From Pseudomonas aeruginosa (lineage in GTDB: Bacteria > Pseudomonadota > Gammaproteobacteria > Pseudomonadales > Pseudomonadaceae): DNA of 32,000 nt. Shown piece after piece: positions 9,251 to 17,856 of this stretch. Both the position numbers and the translations under genes were made by a program. Below the pieces are notes generated by a model, which was given only the letters and a program-made list of their open reading frames with translations, was not told the origin of the DNA and searched no databases. The stretch is taken from assembly GCF_001457615.1 (NCBI RefSeq), contig NZ_LN831024.1, positions 1,560,001 to 1,592,000 on the forward strand, read 5' to 3'. How positions within the stretch are numbered: the stretch's first letter is position 1; each line of letters starts with the position of its first letter.

Positions 9251-10076
9251 GTCAGACGATTCGCAAGACAAGTACATCGTGCCTGGCCTCGAACGCGGCC
9301 TGCTGCTGCTCTGCGAGTTCAGCCGGAAGGACCGTACCCTGACGGCGCCGGAGTTGGCGCGGCGCCTGAAGCTGCCGCGCTCGACCATCTTCCGCCTGCT
9401 GACCACCCTGGAGGCCATGGGCTTCGTCACCCGCAACGGCAACGAGTACCGCCTGGGCATGGCGGTGTTGCGCCTGGGCTTCGAGTACCTGGCCTCGCTG
9501 GAGCTGACCGAACTCGGCCAGCCGCTGCTGAACCGCCTGTGCGACGAGATCCGCTACCCCTGCAACCTGGTGGTGCGCGACGGCCGTTCGATCGTCTACG
9601 TGGCCAAGGTTTCGCCGTCCACCCCGCTGAGCAGCTCGGTGAACGTCGGGACCCGGTTGCCGGCCCACGCCACGGTGCTCGGCCGCATCCTGCTGCAGGA
9701 CCTGAGCCTGGGCGAGCTGCGCGAGCTGTACCCGGAGGAGCAGCTGGAGCAGTTCTCGCCGAACACCCCGCGCAGCGTGCTGGAACTCTTCGACATGGTC
9801 CAGGGCGACCGCCAGCGTGGCTTCGTCCAGGGCGAGGGGTTCTTCGAGGCGAGCATCTCCACCGTCGCGGCGCCGGTACGTGATCACAGCGGTCGCGTCA
9901 TCGCGGCGATGGGGGCGACCATCGCCGCCGGGCATATCGACCCGGAACGCATCGAGGGACTGGTCAGCCGGGTGCGCAGCAGCGCCGACGAGCTGTCGTA
10001 CCTGCTCGACTACCGCGCCGACGGCCAGGACAACGTTACCCCGATCTTCCGGAGTCGCCCGCATGAAACCGTATGA
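9243..10076 (+). CDS. IclR-family transcriptional regulator
   Basis: N-terminal wHTH LTAPELARRLKLPRSTIFRLLTTLEAMGFV and C-terminal IclR effector domain SSSVNVGTRLPAHATVLGRILL; overlaps hydrolase by 8 bp. Confidence 0.93.
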   Translation: MDKSDDSQDKYIVPGLERGLLLLCEFSRKDRTLTAPELARRLKLPRSTIFRLLTTLEAMGFVTRNGNEYRLGMAVLRLGFEYLASLELTELGQPLLNRLCDEIRYPCNLVVRDGRSIVYVAKVSPSTPLSSSVNVGTRLPAHATVLGRILLQDLSLGELRELYPEEQLEQFSPNTPRSVLELFDMVQGDRQRGFVQGEGFFEASISTVAAPVRDHSGRVIAAMGATIAAGHIDPERIEGLVSRVRSSADELSYLLDYRADGQDNVTPIFRSRPHETV

Positions 10077-10860
10077 CCTGTCCGAGGCGGTGGCGGTGGT
10101 CACCGGCGGTTCCTCCGGGATCGGCCTGGCCACGGTGGAACTGCTGCTGGAGGCAGGCGCCGCCGTGGCTTTCTGCGCTCGCGACGGCGAGCGCCTGCGT
10201 GCCGCCGAGTCCGCGCTACGCCAGCGCTTCCCCGGGGCGCGCCTGTTCGCCAGTGTCTGCGACGTGCTGGATGCGTTGCAGGTGCGCGCCTTCGCCGAAG
10301 CCTGCGAGAGAACGCTGGGGTGCGCCAGCATCCTGGTGAACAACGCCGGCCAGGGCCGCGTCTCGACCTTCGCCGAGACCACGGACGAGGCCTGGAGCGA
10401 GGAACTGCAACTGAAGTTCTTTTCCGTCATCCACCCGGTACGCGCTTTCCTGCCGCAACTGGAAAGCCGCGCCGACGCGGCCATCGTCTGCGTCAACTCG
10501 CTGCTGGCCAGCCAGCCGGAGCCGCACATGGTGGCTACCAGCGCGGCCCGCGCCGGGGTGAAGAACCTGGTGCGCTCCATGGCCTTCGAGTTCGCGCCTA
10601 AGGGCGTACGGGTCAACGGCATCCTCATCGGCCTGGTCGAGTCCGGCCAGTGGCGGCGCCGTTTCGAAGCCCGCGAAGAGCGCGAGCTGGACTGGGCGCA
10701 ATGGACCGCGCAGCTGGCGCGGAACAAGCAGATTCCCCTGGGACGCCTGGGCAAGCCGATCGAGGCGGCCCGCGCCATCCTGTTCCTCGCATCTCCCCTG
10801 TCTGCCTATACGACGGGCAGTCATATCGACGTTTCCGGAGGGTTGTCCCGTCATGCGTAA
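10063..10860 (+). CDS. SDR-fold oxidoreductase with non-canonical TxxxR in place of YxxxK
   Basis: VVTGGSSGIGLATVE, ILVNNAG, VRVNGI, HIDVSGG; active-site segment reads ATSAARAGVKNL. Confidence 0.85.
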   Translation: MKPYDLSEAVAVVTGGSSGIGLATVELLLEAGAAVAFCARDGERLRAAESALRQRFPGARLFASVCDVLDALQVRAFAEACERTLGCASILVNNAGQGRVSTFAETTDEAWSEELQLKFFSVIHPVRAFLPQLESRADAAIVCVNSLLASQPEPHMVATSAARAGVKNLVRSMAFEFAPKGVRVNGILIGLVESGQWRRRFEAREERELDWAQWTAQLARNKQIPLGRLGKPIEAARAILFLASPLSAYTTGSHIDVSGGLSRHA

Positions 10861-12535
10861 CGCAAGCCAAGTCACCGTCGGCGCCGCCATCGCCGCCTTC
10901 CTCGAACAGTGCGAGGTGAAGGCCGCCTTCGGGGTGATCTCGATCCACAACATGCCGATCCTCGATGCCTTCGCCAGCCGCGGCAACATCCGTTTCGTGA
11001 TGGCCCGCGGCGAGGCCGGGGCGGCCAACATGGCCGATGCCTACGCCCGCACCAGCGGTGGCCTGGGCGTGTGCCTGACCAGCACCGGAACCGCCGCCGG
11101 CAACGCTGCCGGGGCGCTGGTCGAGGCGCTCACTGCCGGCACCCCGCTGCTGCACCTGACCGGGCAGATCGAAACCCCCTACCTGGATCGGAGCCTCGCC
11201 TACATCCACGAGGCGCCGGACCAGTTGAGCATGCTCAAGGCCATCTCCAAGGCGGCCTTCCGCGTGCGCAGCGTCGACACCGCCATCAGCACCCTCAAGC
11301 TGGCCGTGCAAACCGCCCTGACCGCGCCCGCCGGCCCGGTGAGCGTGGAAATCCCGATCGATATCCAATCGGCGCTGATCAACCTGCCGGCCGACCTGTC
11401 GCCGCTGCCGGTGCCGGTGGCCAGGCCCTCCGAGCAAGCCCTGGACGACCTAGCCGAGCGTTTCGCCCAGGCGCGGCGACCGATGCTCTGGCTGGGGGGC
11501 GGTGCCCGGCATGCCGGCCCGCAGGTACAACGCCTGCTGGCCATGGGCGTGGGCGTGGTCACCAGCACCCAGGGGCGTGGCATCGTCCCGGAAGACGACA
11601 CGCGTTCCCTCGGCGCCTTCAACCTGAACAAACCGGTGGAGCGGTTCTACCAGAGCTGCGACGCCATGCTCGTGGTGGGCTCGCGCCTGCGCGGCAACGA
11701 AACCCTCAAGTACGAACTCAAGCTCCCGCGTCCGCTTTACCGGGCAGACGCCGATGCCACGGCGGAGGGCCGCTGCTACCCCAGCGATTTCTTCGTCTGC
11801 GGCGATTCCGAACGGGTCCTCAAGGGGCTCGCCGACCGCCTGGAAGGGCGCCTGTCGGTGGACCCGGCCTTCGCCGCGGATCTCGCCGCCGCGCGCAACC
11901 AGGCCCGCGCCCAGTTGGTGGACGGCCTTGGCCCCTACGCTTCGCTGGTGGAGCAACTGCAGGCGCTGGCCGGCCGCAATTTCAACTGGGTGCGCGACGT
12001 CACCGTCTCCAACAGCACCTGGGGCAACCGCCACCTGAATATCTTCAGCCCCCGCGCCGGCGTCCACGCCCTCGGCGGTGGCATCGGCCAGGGCCTGGCC
12101 ATGGGCATCGGCGCGGCGGTCGGCGCGGCGGAAACCGCGCCTGGGCGCAAGACCTTCGTGCTCGCCGGCGACGGCGGCTTCATCCTCAACCTGGGCGAAC
12201 TGGCCACCGCCGTGCAGGAGCGGGCCGACATGCTCATCGTGCTGATGAACGACCAGGGCTACGGGGTGATCAAGAACATCCAGGACGCCGCCTACGGTGG
12301 CCGCCGCTGCTACGTCGACCTGCACACCCCGGACTACGCCCAACTGTCGGCTTCCCTCGGCCTGCGTCATGCCAAGGTCAGCGATCTGAAGGATTTCAGC
12401 GCCGTGCTCGATGGCGCCCTGGCCGAGCCAGGTCCCTTCCTGCTGGAGGTGGACATGCTCGCGGTGGGCAGCTTCAAGAGCATTTTCGCCGGCCCGCCGA
12501 CCAACGATGCCAAGACCGACAAGGCCACCGCCTGA
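10853..12535 (+). CDS. Thiamine-diphosphate-dependent enzyme (acetolactate synthase/decarboxylase-like large subunit)
   Basis: ARGEAGAANMADAYAR (catalytic Glu region), PVSVEIPIDIQ, ThDP motif GDGGFILNLGELATAVQERADMLIVLMND. Confidence 0.9.
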   Translation: MRNASQVTVGAAIAAFLEQCEVKAAFGVISIHNMPILDAFASRGNIRFVMARGEAGAANMADAYARTSGGLGVCLTSTGTAAGNAAGALVEALTAGTPLLHLTGQIETPYLDRSLAYIHEAPDQLSMLKAISKAAFRVRSVDTAISTLKLAVQTALTAPAGPVSVEIPIDIQSALINLPADLSPLPVPVARPSEQALDDLAERFAQARRPMLWLGGGARHAGPQVQRLLAMGVGVVTSTQGRGIVPEDDTRSLGAFNLNKPVERFYQSCDAMLVVGSRLRGNETLKYELKLPRPLYRADADATAEGRCYPSDFFVCGDSERVLKGLADRLEGRLSVDPAFAADLAAARNQARAQLVDGLGPYASLVEQLQALAGRNFNWVRDVTVSNSTWGNRHLNIFSPRAGVHALGGGIGQGLAMGIGAAVGAAETAPGRKTFVLAGDGGFILNLGELATAVQERADMLIVLMNDQGYGVIKNIQDAAYGGRRCYVDLHTPDYAQLSASLGLRHAKVSDLKDFSAVLDGALAEPGPFLLEVDMLAVGSFKSIFAGPPTNDAKTDKATA

Positions 12536-12545
12536 GGCTCTCGCC

Positions 12546-13349
12546 ATGCTGAATATCGTCATGATCGGCTGCGGCGCCATCGGCGCCGGCGTCCTGGAAC
12601 TGTTGGAAAACGATCCGCAACTGAGGGTCGATGCGGTGATCGTTCCTCGCGACTCCGAGACCCAGGTCCGCCATCGCCTGGCCAGCCTGCGCCGGCCGCC
12701 GCGGGTACTCAGCGCGCTGCCGGCCGGAGAGCGCCCCGATCTTCTGGTGGAGTGCGCCGGGCACCGCGCCATCGAGCAGCACGTGCTGCCGGCGCTGGCC
12801 CAAGGCATTCCCTGCCTGGTGGTCTCGGTGGGCGCGCTGTCCGAGCCGGGCCTGGTGGAGCGCCTGGAAGTCGCGGCGCAAGCCGGAGGCAGCCGCATCG
12901 AGCTGCTGCCCGGCGCCATCGGCGCCATCGATGCGCTGTCGGCGGCCAGGGTCGGTGGCCTCGAGTCGGTGCGCTACACCGGGCGCAAGCCGGCGAGCGC
13001 CTGGCTGGGGACGCCGGGCGAGACGGTCTGCGACCTGCAGCGCCTGGAGAAGGCGCGGGTGATCTTCGACGGCAGCGCCCGCGAGGCGGCGCGGCTCTAT
13101 CCGAAGAACGCCAATGTCGCCGCCACCCTGTCGCTCGCCGGCCTCGGCCTGGACCGCACCCAGGTGCGCCTGATCGCCGACCCCGAAAGCTGCGAGAACG
13201 TGCACCAGGTGGAAGCCAGCGGCGCCTTCGGCGGCTTCGAACTGACCTTGCGTGGCAAACCGCTGGCGGCCAACCCGAAGACATCGGCGCTGACCGTGTA
13301 CAGCGTGGTCCGAGCGTTGGGCAACCACGCCCACGCGATTTCGATCTAG
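12546..13349 (+). CDS. nadX: L-aspartate dehydrogenase, NadX-like (PA3505-like)
   Basis: Rossmann MIGCGAIGAGVLE, YPKNANVAATLSLAG, ENVHQVEASGAFGGFEL, NPKTSALTVYSVVRAL typical of aspartate dehydrogenases. Confidence 0.85.
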   Translation: MLNIVMIGCGAIGAGVLELLENDPQLRVDAVIVPRDSETQVRHRLASLRRPPRVLSALPAGERPDLLVECAGHRAIEQHVLPALAQGIPCLVVSVGALSEPGLVERLEVAAQAGGSRIELLPGAIGAIDALSAARVGGLESVRYTGRKPASAWLGTPGETVCDLQRLEKARVIFDGSAREAARLYPKNANVAATLSLAGLGLDRTQVRLIADPESCENVHQVEASGAFGGFELTLRGKPLAANPKTSALTVYSVVRALGNHAHAISI

Positions 13350-13360
13350 GGACGACTACC

Positions 13361-14845
13361 GTGATTGACCTGAACCCGATCCAACCCATCTGCATCGCCG
13401 GCGAGTGGCGAGCGGGCGGCGGCGACCTCTACGAAAGCCTCTATCCGGCCACCGGCGAGGCCGTCGCCCGCCTGCATGCGGCCAGCCTGGAGGACGTGGA
13501 GGAAGCCATGGCCGGCGCCCACCGCGCCTTCCGTGAGAGCGGCTGGGCCCAGCGCAAGCCTCATGAGCGGGCCACCGTGCTTTATCGTATCGCCGCGCTG
13601 ATCCGCGAGCGCAGCGAAGAACTGGCGCAGTTGCAGCGCCTGGACAACGGCAAGCCGATCAGGGAAACCCGCAACCTGGTGGCCAGCGCCGCCGCCACCT
13701 TCCAGTTCTTCGCCGCCGCCTGCGAGACCCTGGAGGAAAGCATCACGCCGTCGCGCGGCGACTTCGTCAGCATGAGCGTGTACGAGCCCATGGGCGTGGT
13801 GGTTGCCATCACCCCGTGGAACTCGCCCATCGCCTCCGAGGCGCAGAAGCTCGCCCCGGCCCTGGCCGCCGGCAACGCGGTGGTGGTCAAGCCGGCCGAG
13901 ATCACCCCGCTGGCCGCCCTGGCGCTGGCGCGCATCTGCGATGAGGCCGGCCTGCCGCGTGGGCTGGTCAGCGTGCTGCCGGGCAAGGGCGCGCTGATCG
14001 GCGATGCCCTGACCCGCCACCCCCTGGCCAGGCGCGTGTCCTTCACCGGCGGCACCCGCACCGGCAAGCACATCGCGCGCATCGCCGCCGACAAGATGAT
14101 GCCGGTGTCCCTGGAACTGGGCGGCAAGTCGCCGACCATGGTGCTGGCCGACGCCGATCTCGACCACGCGGTGGCCGGCGTGCTCTATGGCATCTTCAGT
14201 TCCAGCGGCGAATCCTGCATTGCCGGCTCGCGGTTGTTCGTCGCCAGCGAGCGCTACGACGAATTCATGGAGCGCCTGGCCACCGGCGCCGCGGCCCTGC
14301 GCGTCGGCAACCCGGCCGACGAGCGCACCCAGATGGGCCCGCTGATCAGCGCGCGGCACCGCGAGTCGGTGGAGCGCTATGTCGAGATGGGCGTGGCCGA
14401 GGGCGGTCGCCTGCGCACGGGGGGCGTACGTCCCCATGGCGCAGCCTTCGATCGTGGCTACTTCTACACCCCGACCATCATCGAAGGCCTCACCAACGAC
14501 GCCCGCCTGTGCCAGGAGGAAGTCTTCGGCCCGGTGCTGGTGGCCATGCCTTTCGACAGCGAAGAGGCCCTGATCGAAGAGGCCAACGACAGCTGCTACG
14601 CGCTGGCCGCCGGCATCTGGACACGCGACTTCCAGCGCGCCTGGCGGCTCGGCCGCGCCGTGCAGGCCGGCACCGTGTGGATCAACACCTACAAGCAGTT
14701 CTCCATCTCCACCCCCTTCGGCGGCTGGCGCGACAGCGGCCTGGGCCGCGAAAAGGGCCGCCTGGGGATACTCCAGTACATGGAGCAGAAGAGCCTCTAC
14801 TGGGGCCTGAACGAACAGCCGCTGGCCTGGGCCGGCAGCCACTGA
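13361..14845 (+). CDS. NAD(P)+-dependent aldehyde dehydrogenase
   Basis: ITPWNSP, FTGGTRTGKHIA, LELGGKSPTMV, catalytic SGESCIAGSRL, EEVFGPV; GTG start at 13361. Confidence 0.93.
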   Translation: MIDLNPIQPICIAGEWRAGGGDLYESLYPATGEAVARLHAASLEDVEEAMAGAHRAFRESGWAQRKPHERATVLYRIAALIRERSEELAQLQRLDNGKPIRETRNLVASAAATFQFFAAACETLEESITPSRGDFVSMSVYEPMGVVVAITPWNSPIASEAQKLAPALAAGNAVVVKPAEITPLAALALARICDEAGLPRGLVSVLPGKGALIGDALTRHPLARRVSFTGGTRTGKHIARIAADKMMPVSLELGGKSPTMVLADADLDHAVAGVLYGIFSSSGESCIAGSRLFVASERYDEFMERLATGAAALRVGNPADERTQMGPLISARHRESVERYVEMGVAEGGRLRTGGVRPHGAAFDRGYFYTPTIIEGLTNDARLCQEEVFGPVLVAMPFDSEEALIEEANDSCYALAAGIWTRDFQRAWRLGRAVQAGTVWINTYKQFSISTPFGGWRDSGLGREKGRLGILQYMEQKSLYWGLNEQPLAWAGSH

Positions 14846-14858
14846 TGAGGAAGACGCG

Positions 14859-15824
14859 ATGAGCGTATCGGGAATCGACGAAATCACCTACGGCGTGGAA
14901 GACCTGGCCACCAGCGCGCGTTTCTTCGCCGACTGGGGCCTGGCGCAGGTCGAGGCGAGCGAGGACCAGGTGGTCTTCGAAAGCCTCAACGGCTGCCGCG
15001 TGATAGTCGCGGCGCGGGACAAGCCCGGCCTGCCGCCGGCCATCGAGGAAGGCTCGACCCTGCGTGAAGTGGTTTGGGGCGTGGAGAGCGAGGCGGACCT
15101 CAAGCTGTACGCCGAGCGCATCGCCAATGATCCCGGCTTCATCGAGGGCGAGGGCCGTATCGGCTGCACCGACCCGAACGGTCTGGCCGTGCGCTTGCAG
15201 GTCACCCGTAAACGCGACATCCAGGTGGCCTGCGGCCAGTCCAACACCTGGCAGTTCAAGGGCCGGATCAACCAGGCCAGCCCCATCTACGAACGTGCGC
15301 AGCCCGTCGAAGTCGGCCACGTGGTGTTCTTCGTCAAGGACGTCAACGCCTGCGAACGCTTCTACCGCGAGCGCTTCGGCTTCGTCTGCTCCGATCGCTA
15401 TCCGAATCGCGGCGCCTTCCTGCGTTGCGCGGAGGAGGGCGGCCACCACGACCTGTTCATGCTGCAACTGCCGCAACCGCGCGCCGGCCTGAACCACGTG
15501 GCGTTCACCGTGCGCGATATCCATGAGGTGTTCGGCGGCGGCATGCACATCGCCCGCTGCGGCTGGGATACCGAGATCGGCCCGGGTCGGCATCCGGTGT
15601 CCTCGGCGTACTTCTGGTACTTCCGGAACCCCGCCGGCGCCCTCGTCGAGTACTACGCCGACGAGGACCAACTGACCGGCGAGTGGCAGGCCCGCGAGTT
15701 CGAACCTGGCCCTACGGTATTCGCCGAATGGGCCATCGCCGGTGGCCTGGACGGCAATACCCGGCGACAGAAAAGCGTCGAGGCACCGCAGGGCCGGTTC
15801 CTCACCGACAAACCCAGGAGTTGA
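14859..15824 (+). CDS. VOC-superfamily protein, type I extradiol dioxygenase-like
   Basis: Two glyoxalase-fold modules; metal triad positions retained: His154 (EVGHVVFFV), His213 (LNHVAFTV), Glu264 (ALVEYYAD); additional HHDLFML segment. Confidence 0.82.
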   Translation: MSVSGIDEITYGVEDLATSARFFADWGLAQVEASEDQVVFESLNGCRVIVAARDKPGLPPAIEEGSTLREVVWGVESEADLKLYAERIANDPGFIEGEGRIGCTDPNGLAVRLQVTRKRDIQVACGQSNTWQFKGRINQASPIYERAQPVEVGHVVFFVKDVNACERFYRERFGFVCSDRYPNRGAFLRCAEEGGHHDLFMLQLPQPRAGLNHVAFTVRDIHEVFGGGMHIARCGWDTEIGPGRHPVSSAYFWYFRNPAGALVEYYADEDQLTGEWQAREFEPGPTVFAEWAIAGGLDGNTRRQKSVEAPQGRFLTDKPRS

Positions 15825-15831
15825 GACGAGC

Positions 15832-16149
15832 ATGAGCGACACCTTGTTGCTGACCGTGCTGCTCCGGCACGACCAGTCGAAGAATCTCGACGAGATCCAG
15901 GCCCGCATGAAGGCCATGGACTGGTGGGAGCGCTTTCCGGGAGAGGGCGTGGCGATCGTTTCTTGGACCGTCGCCATGGGCCTCGGCCAGATCGTCACCC
16001 TGCGCCTGCCGCCGGCCCTGCTGCCACGCGTCAACGTCGAACTGGAGCGCTCCGCCTGGGGCGTGTTCCGCACCGAATGCTACCCGACCTACGACTTCGT
16101 CCCGGTTCGCGAAACCATCCGCGAACGGGTCCGCACTGGAGGCCAATGA
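15832..16149 (+). CDS. Conserved hypothetical protein, 105 aa (possible small alpha/beta-barrel type, PA3502-like)
   Basis: ORF starting MSDTLLLTVLLRHDQSKN, embedded in the compact operon with 7- and 1-bp intergenic gaps. Confidence 0.75.
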   Translation: MSDTLLLTVLLRHDQSKNLDEIQARMKAMDWWERFPGEGVAIVSWTVAMGLGQIVTLRLPPALLPRVNVELERSAWGVFRTECYPTYDFVPVRETIRERVRTGGQ

Positions 16150-16150
16150 C

Positions 16151-16369
16151 ATGCAAGACCGTTACCTCGAACCCCATCAGGCCCGTACCCGCGAGCCGAA
16201 CGCCTTCGAAGACCTGCTCGGCGATTCCATCGAGCGCGCCTACGCCGCCGGCCTGCACGACCTGCCGGGGCTGCTCGGCTACCTCAACCAGGCCGGCCCG
16301 ACCTGCCCGGGCGGCGGTCCCTGGACCGAGGAAGCCTACAAGACCCTGATGGCCCGCCTGGGCGCGTGA
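16151..16369 (+). CDS. Small 72-aa protein, possible recombinase-like helix-turn-helix protein
   Basis: MQDRYLEPHQARTREPNAFEDLLGDSIERAYAAGLHDLPGLLGYLNQAGPTCPGGGPWTEEAYKTLMARLGA; located 1 bp after the previous gene. Family name recalled, not searched. Confidence 0.7.
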   Translation: MQDRYLEPHQARTREPNAFEDLLGDSIERAYAAGLHDLPGLLGYLNQAGPTCPGGGPWTEEAYKTLMARLGA

Positions 16370-16391
16370 ATTCCCCCGAGAGGAAACCGCT

Positions 16392-17411
16392 ATGAGCACC
16401 GTGAACCCTGTTGAACAGCTTCTCGCCAACGGCCTGAAGAACCTCTGGTACCCGATCTGCCCGGTGGGCTTCATCGAGGACAAGCCGGTGTCCCTGCGCC
16501 GCCTGGGCTACAAGCTGGCCGTCTGGCGCGATACCGACGGCACCCTGCATGCCCTCGAAGACCATTGCCCGCACCGTGGCGCGCCGCTGTCGCGCGGGGT
16601 GAACCTGGGCGACCGCCTGCAATGCCCCTACCACGGCGTGGAAGTGCGCTGCGACGGCGTTACCGCCCGCGTGCCCGGCAGCCCCGGCTGCAAGCTGGAA
16701 GGCAGCCAGGCCACGCGCTTCTTCCACATCACCGAGGCGGCCGGCGCCGTGTGGCTGTACAACTCGGCGGGCAATGTCGAGGAAGCCCCGCCGCTGGTGC
16801 TGCCCGAGCAACTGACCGACCCCGAGTTTTCCCACTTCCTCTGCTATACCGAGTGGCGCGGCGACTACCGCTACGTGCTGGACAACGTCATGGACCCCAT
16901 GCACGGCACCTACCTGCACAAGCAGTCGCACTCCATGTCCGAGGGCGAAAGCCAGGCACGCTTCGTCACCCGCGACACCGACACCGGCTTCATCTTCGAG
17001 AAGGACGGCCAGCGCGGGGTCAACTTCGACTGGACCGAATGGGCCGACACCGGGATGCACTGGATGCGCCTGGAGATTCCCTATCCGAAGACCGGCGGCC
17101 CGGGTGGCAACTTCCATATCGTCGGCAGTTACACGCCGATCGCCCGCGACCTCTGCGCGGTGTTCCACTGGCGTTGCCGGCCGCTCACCGGCTGGCAGCG
17201 TGACACCTGGCGGTTCCTCTACAGGAACCGCCTGGAGGCGCGTCACTGGGCGGTGCTGGAGCAGGACCGGGAAATGCTCGAATTCATGGAGCCGGACGCC
17301 AACCAGCGGGAGAACCTCTACCAGCACGACCTCGGCCTGGTGCGCCTGCGGCGGCACCTGAAGAACCTGGCCAAGGCCCAGCTGGAACTGATCGAGGCCC
17401 GGCAACTGTGA
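16392..17411 (+). CDS. Rieske [2Fe-2S] oxygenase alpha subunit, VanA-like
   Basis: Rieske motif CPHRGAPLSRGV...CPYHG; mononuclear iron ligand region DNVMDPMHGTYLHKQS and C-terminal EQDREMLEF. Confidence 0.93.
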   Translation: MSTVNPVEQLLANGLKNLWYPICPVGFIEDKPVSLRRLGYKLAVWRDTDGTLHALEDHCPHRGAPLSRGVNLGDRLQCPYHGVEVRCDGVTARVPGSPGCKLEGSQATRFFHITEAAGAVWLYNSAGNVEEAPPLVLPEQLTDPEFSHFLCYTEWRGDYRYVLDNVMDPMHGTYLHKQSHSMSEGESQARFVTRDTDTGFIFEKDGQRGVNFDWTEWADTGMHWMRLEIPYPKTGGPGGNFHIVGSYTPIARDLCAVFHWRCRPLTGWQRDTWRFLYRNRLEARHWAVLEQDREMLEFMEPDANQRENLYQHDLGLVRLRRHLKNLAKAQLELIEARQL

Positions 17412-17842
17412 CCGCCGTACGCCGGATCCGCGCCGCGGCGCTACCCGACCTGCCGGATGCAAGCTGGTCCAATGCCCTGCTGGTGGGAGAGGAGCTGGTG
17501 ATGTCCGGCATGACCGCGCACCCGGCCACCCGCCAGGCCGCCGAGCGCGGCGCCGCGCTCGACGCCCATGCCCAGGCCCTGGTGGTGCTGGGCAAGGTGA
17601 AGGCGCTGCTGGAGGCGGCGGGAGGCCATGTCGGCAACCTCTACAAGCTCAACGTCTACGTCACCCGCATCGCCGACAAGGACGCTATTGGGCGCGCGCG
17701 GCAGGAGTTCTTCGCCGGCCAGGGCACTTTTCCCGCCTCCACCCTGGTCGAGGTGAGCGGCCTGGTGTTTCCCGAACTGCTGGTGGAGATCGACGCCTGG
17801 GCGCGCCTCGATATCGACCTGGCGAACTGCGACGAAGCCTGA
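17408..17842 (+). CDS. RidA/YjgF/YER057c/UK114-family protein lacking the canonical Arg
   Basis: FPASTLVEVSGLVFPELLVEIDAWA matches the Rid C-terminal motif; GTG start overlaps Rieske stop. Confidence 0.85.
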   Translation: MTAVRRIRAAALPDLPDASWSNALLVGEELVMSGMTAHPATRQAAERGAALDAHAQALVVLGKVKALLEAAGGHVGNLYKLNVYVTRIADKDAIGRARQEFFAGQGTFPASTLVEVSGLVFPELLVEIDAWARLDIDLANCDEA

Positions 17843-17856
17843 AAGCGAGGTAGAAG

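Noticed and set aside
9252-10778. 508-aa minus-strand ORF opposite the IclR and second SDR genes
   Set aside because: Antisense shadow; the plus strand has clear wHTH, IclR effector-domain and SDR motifs.
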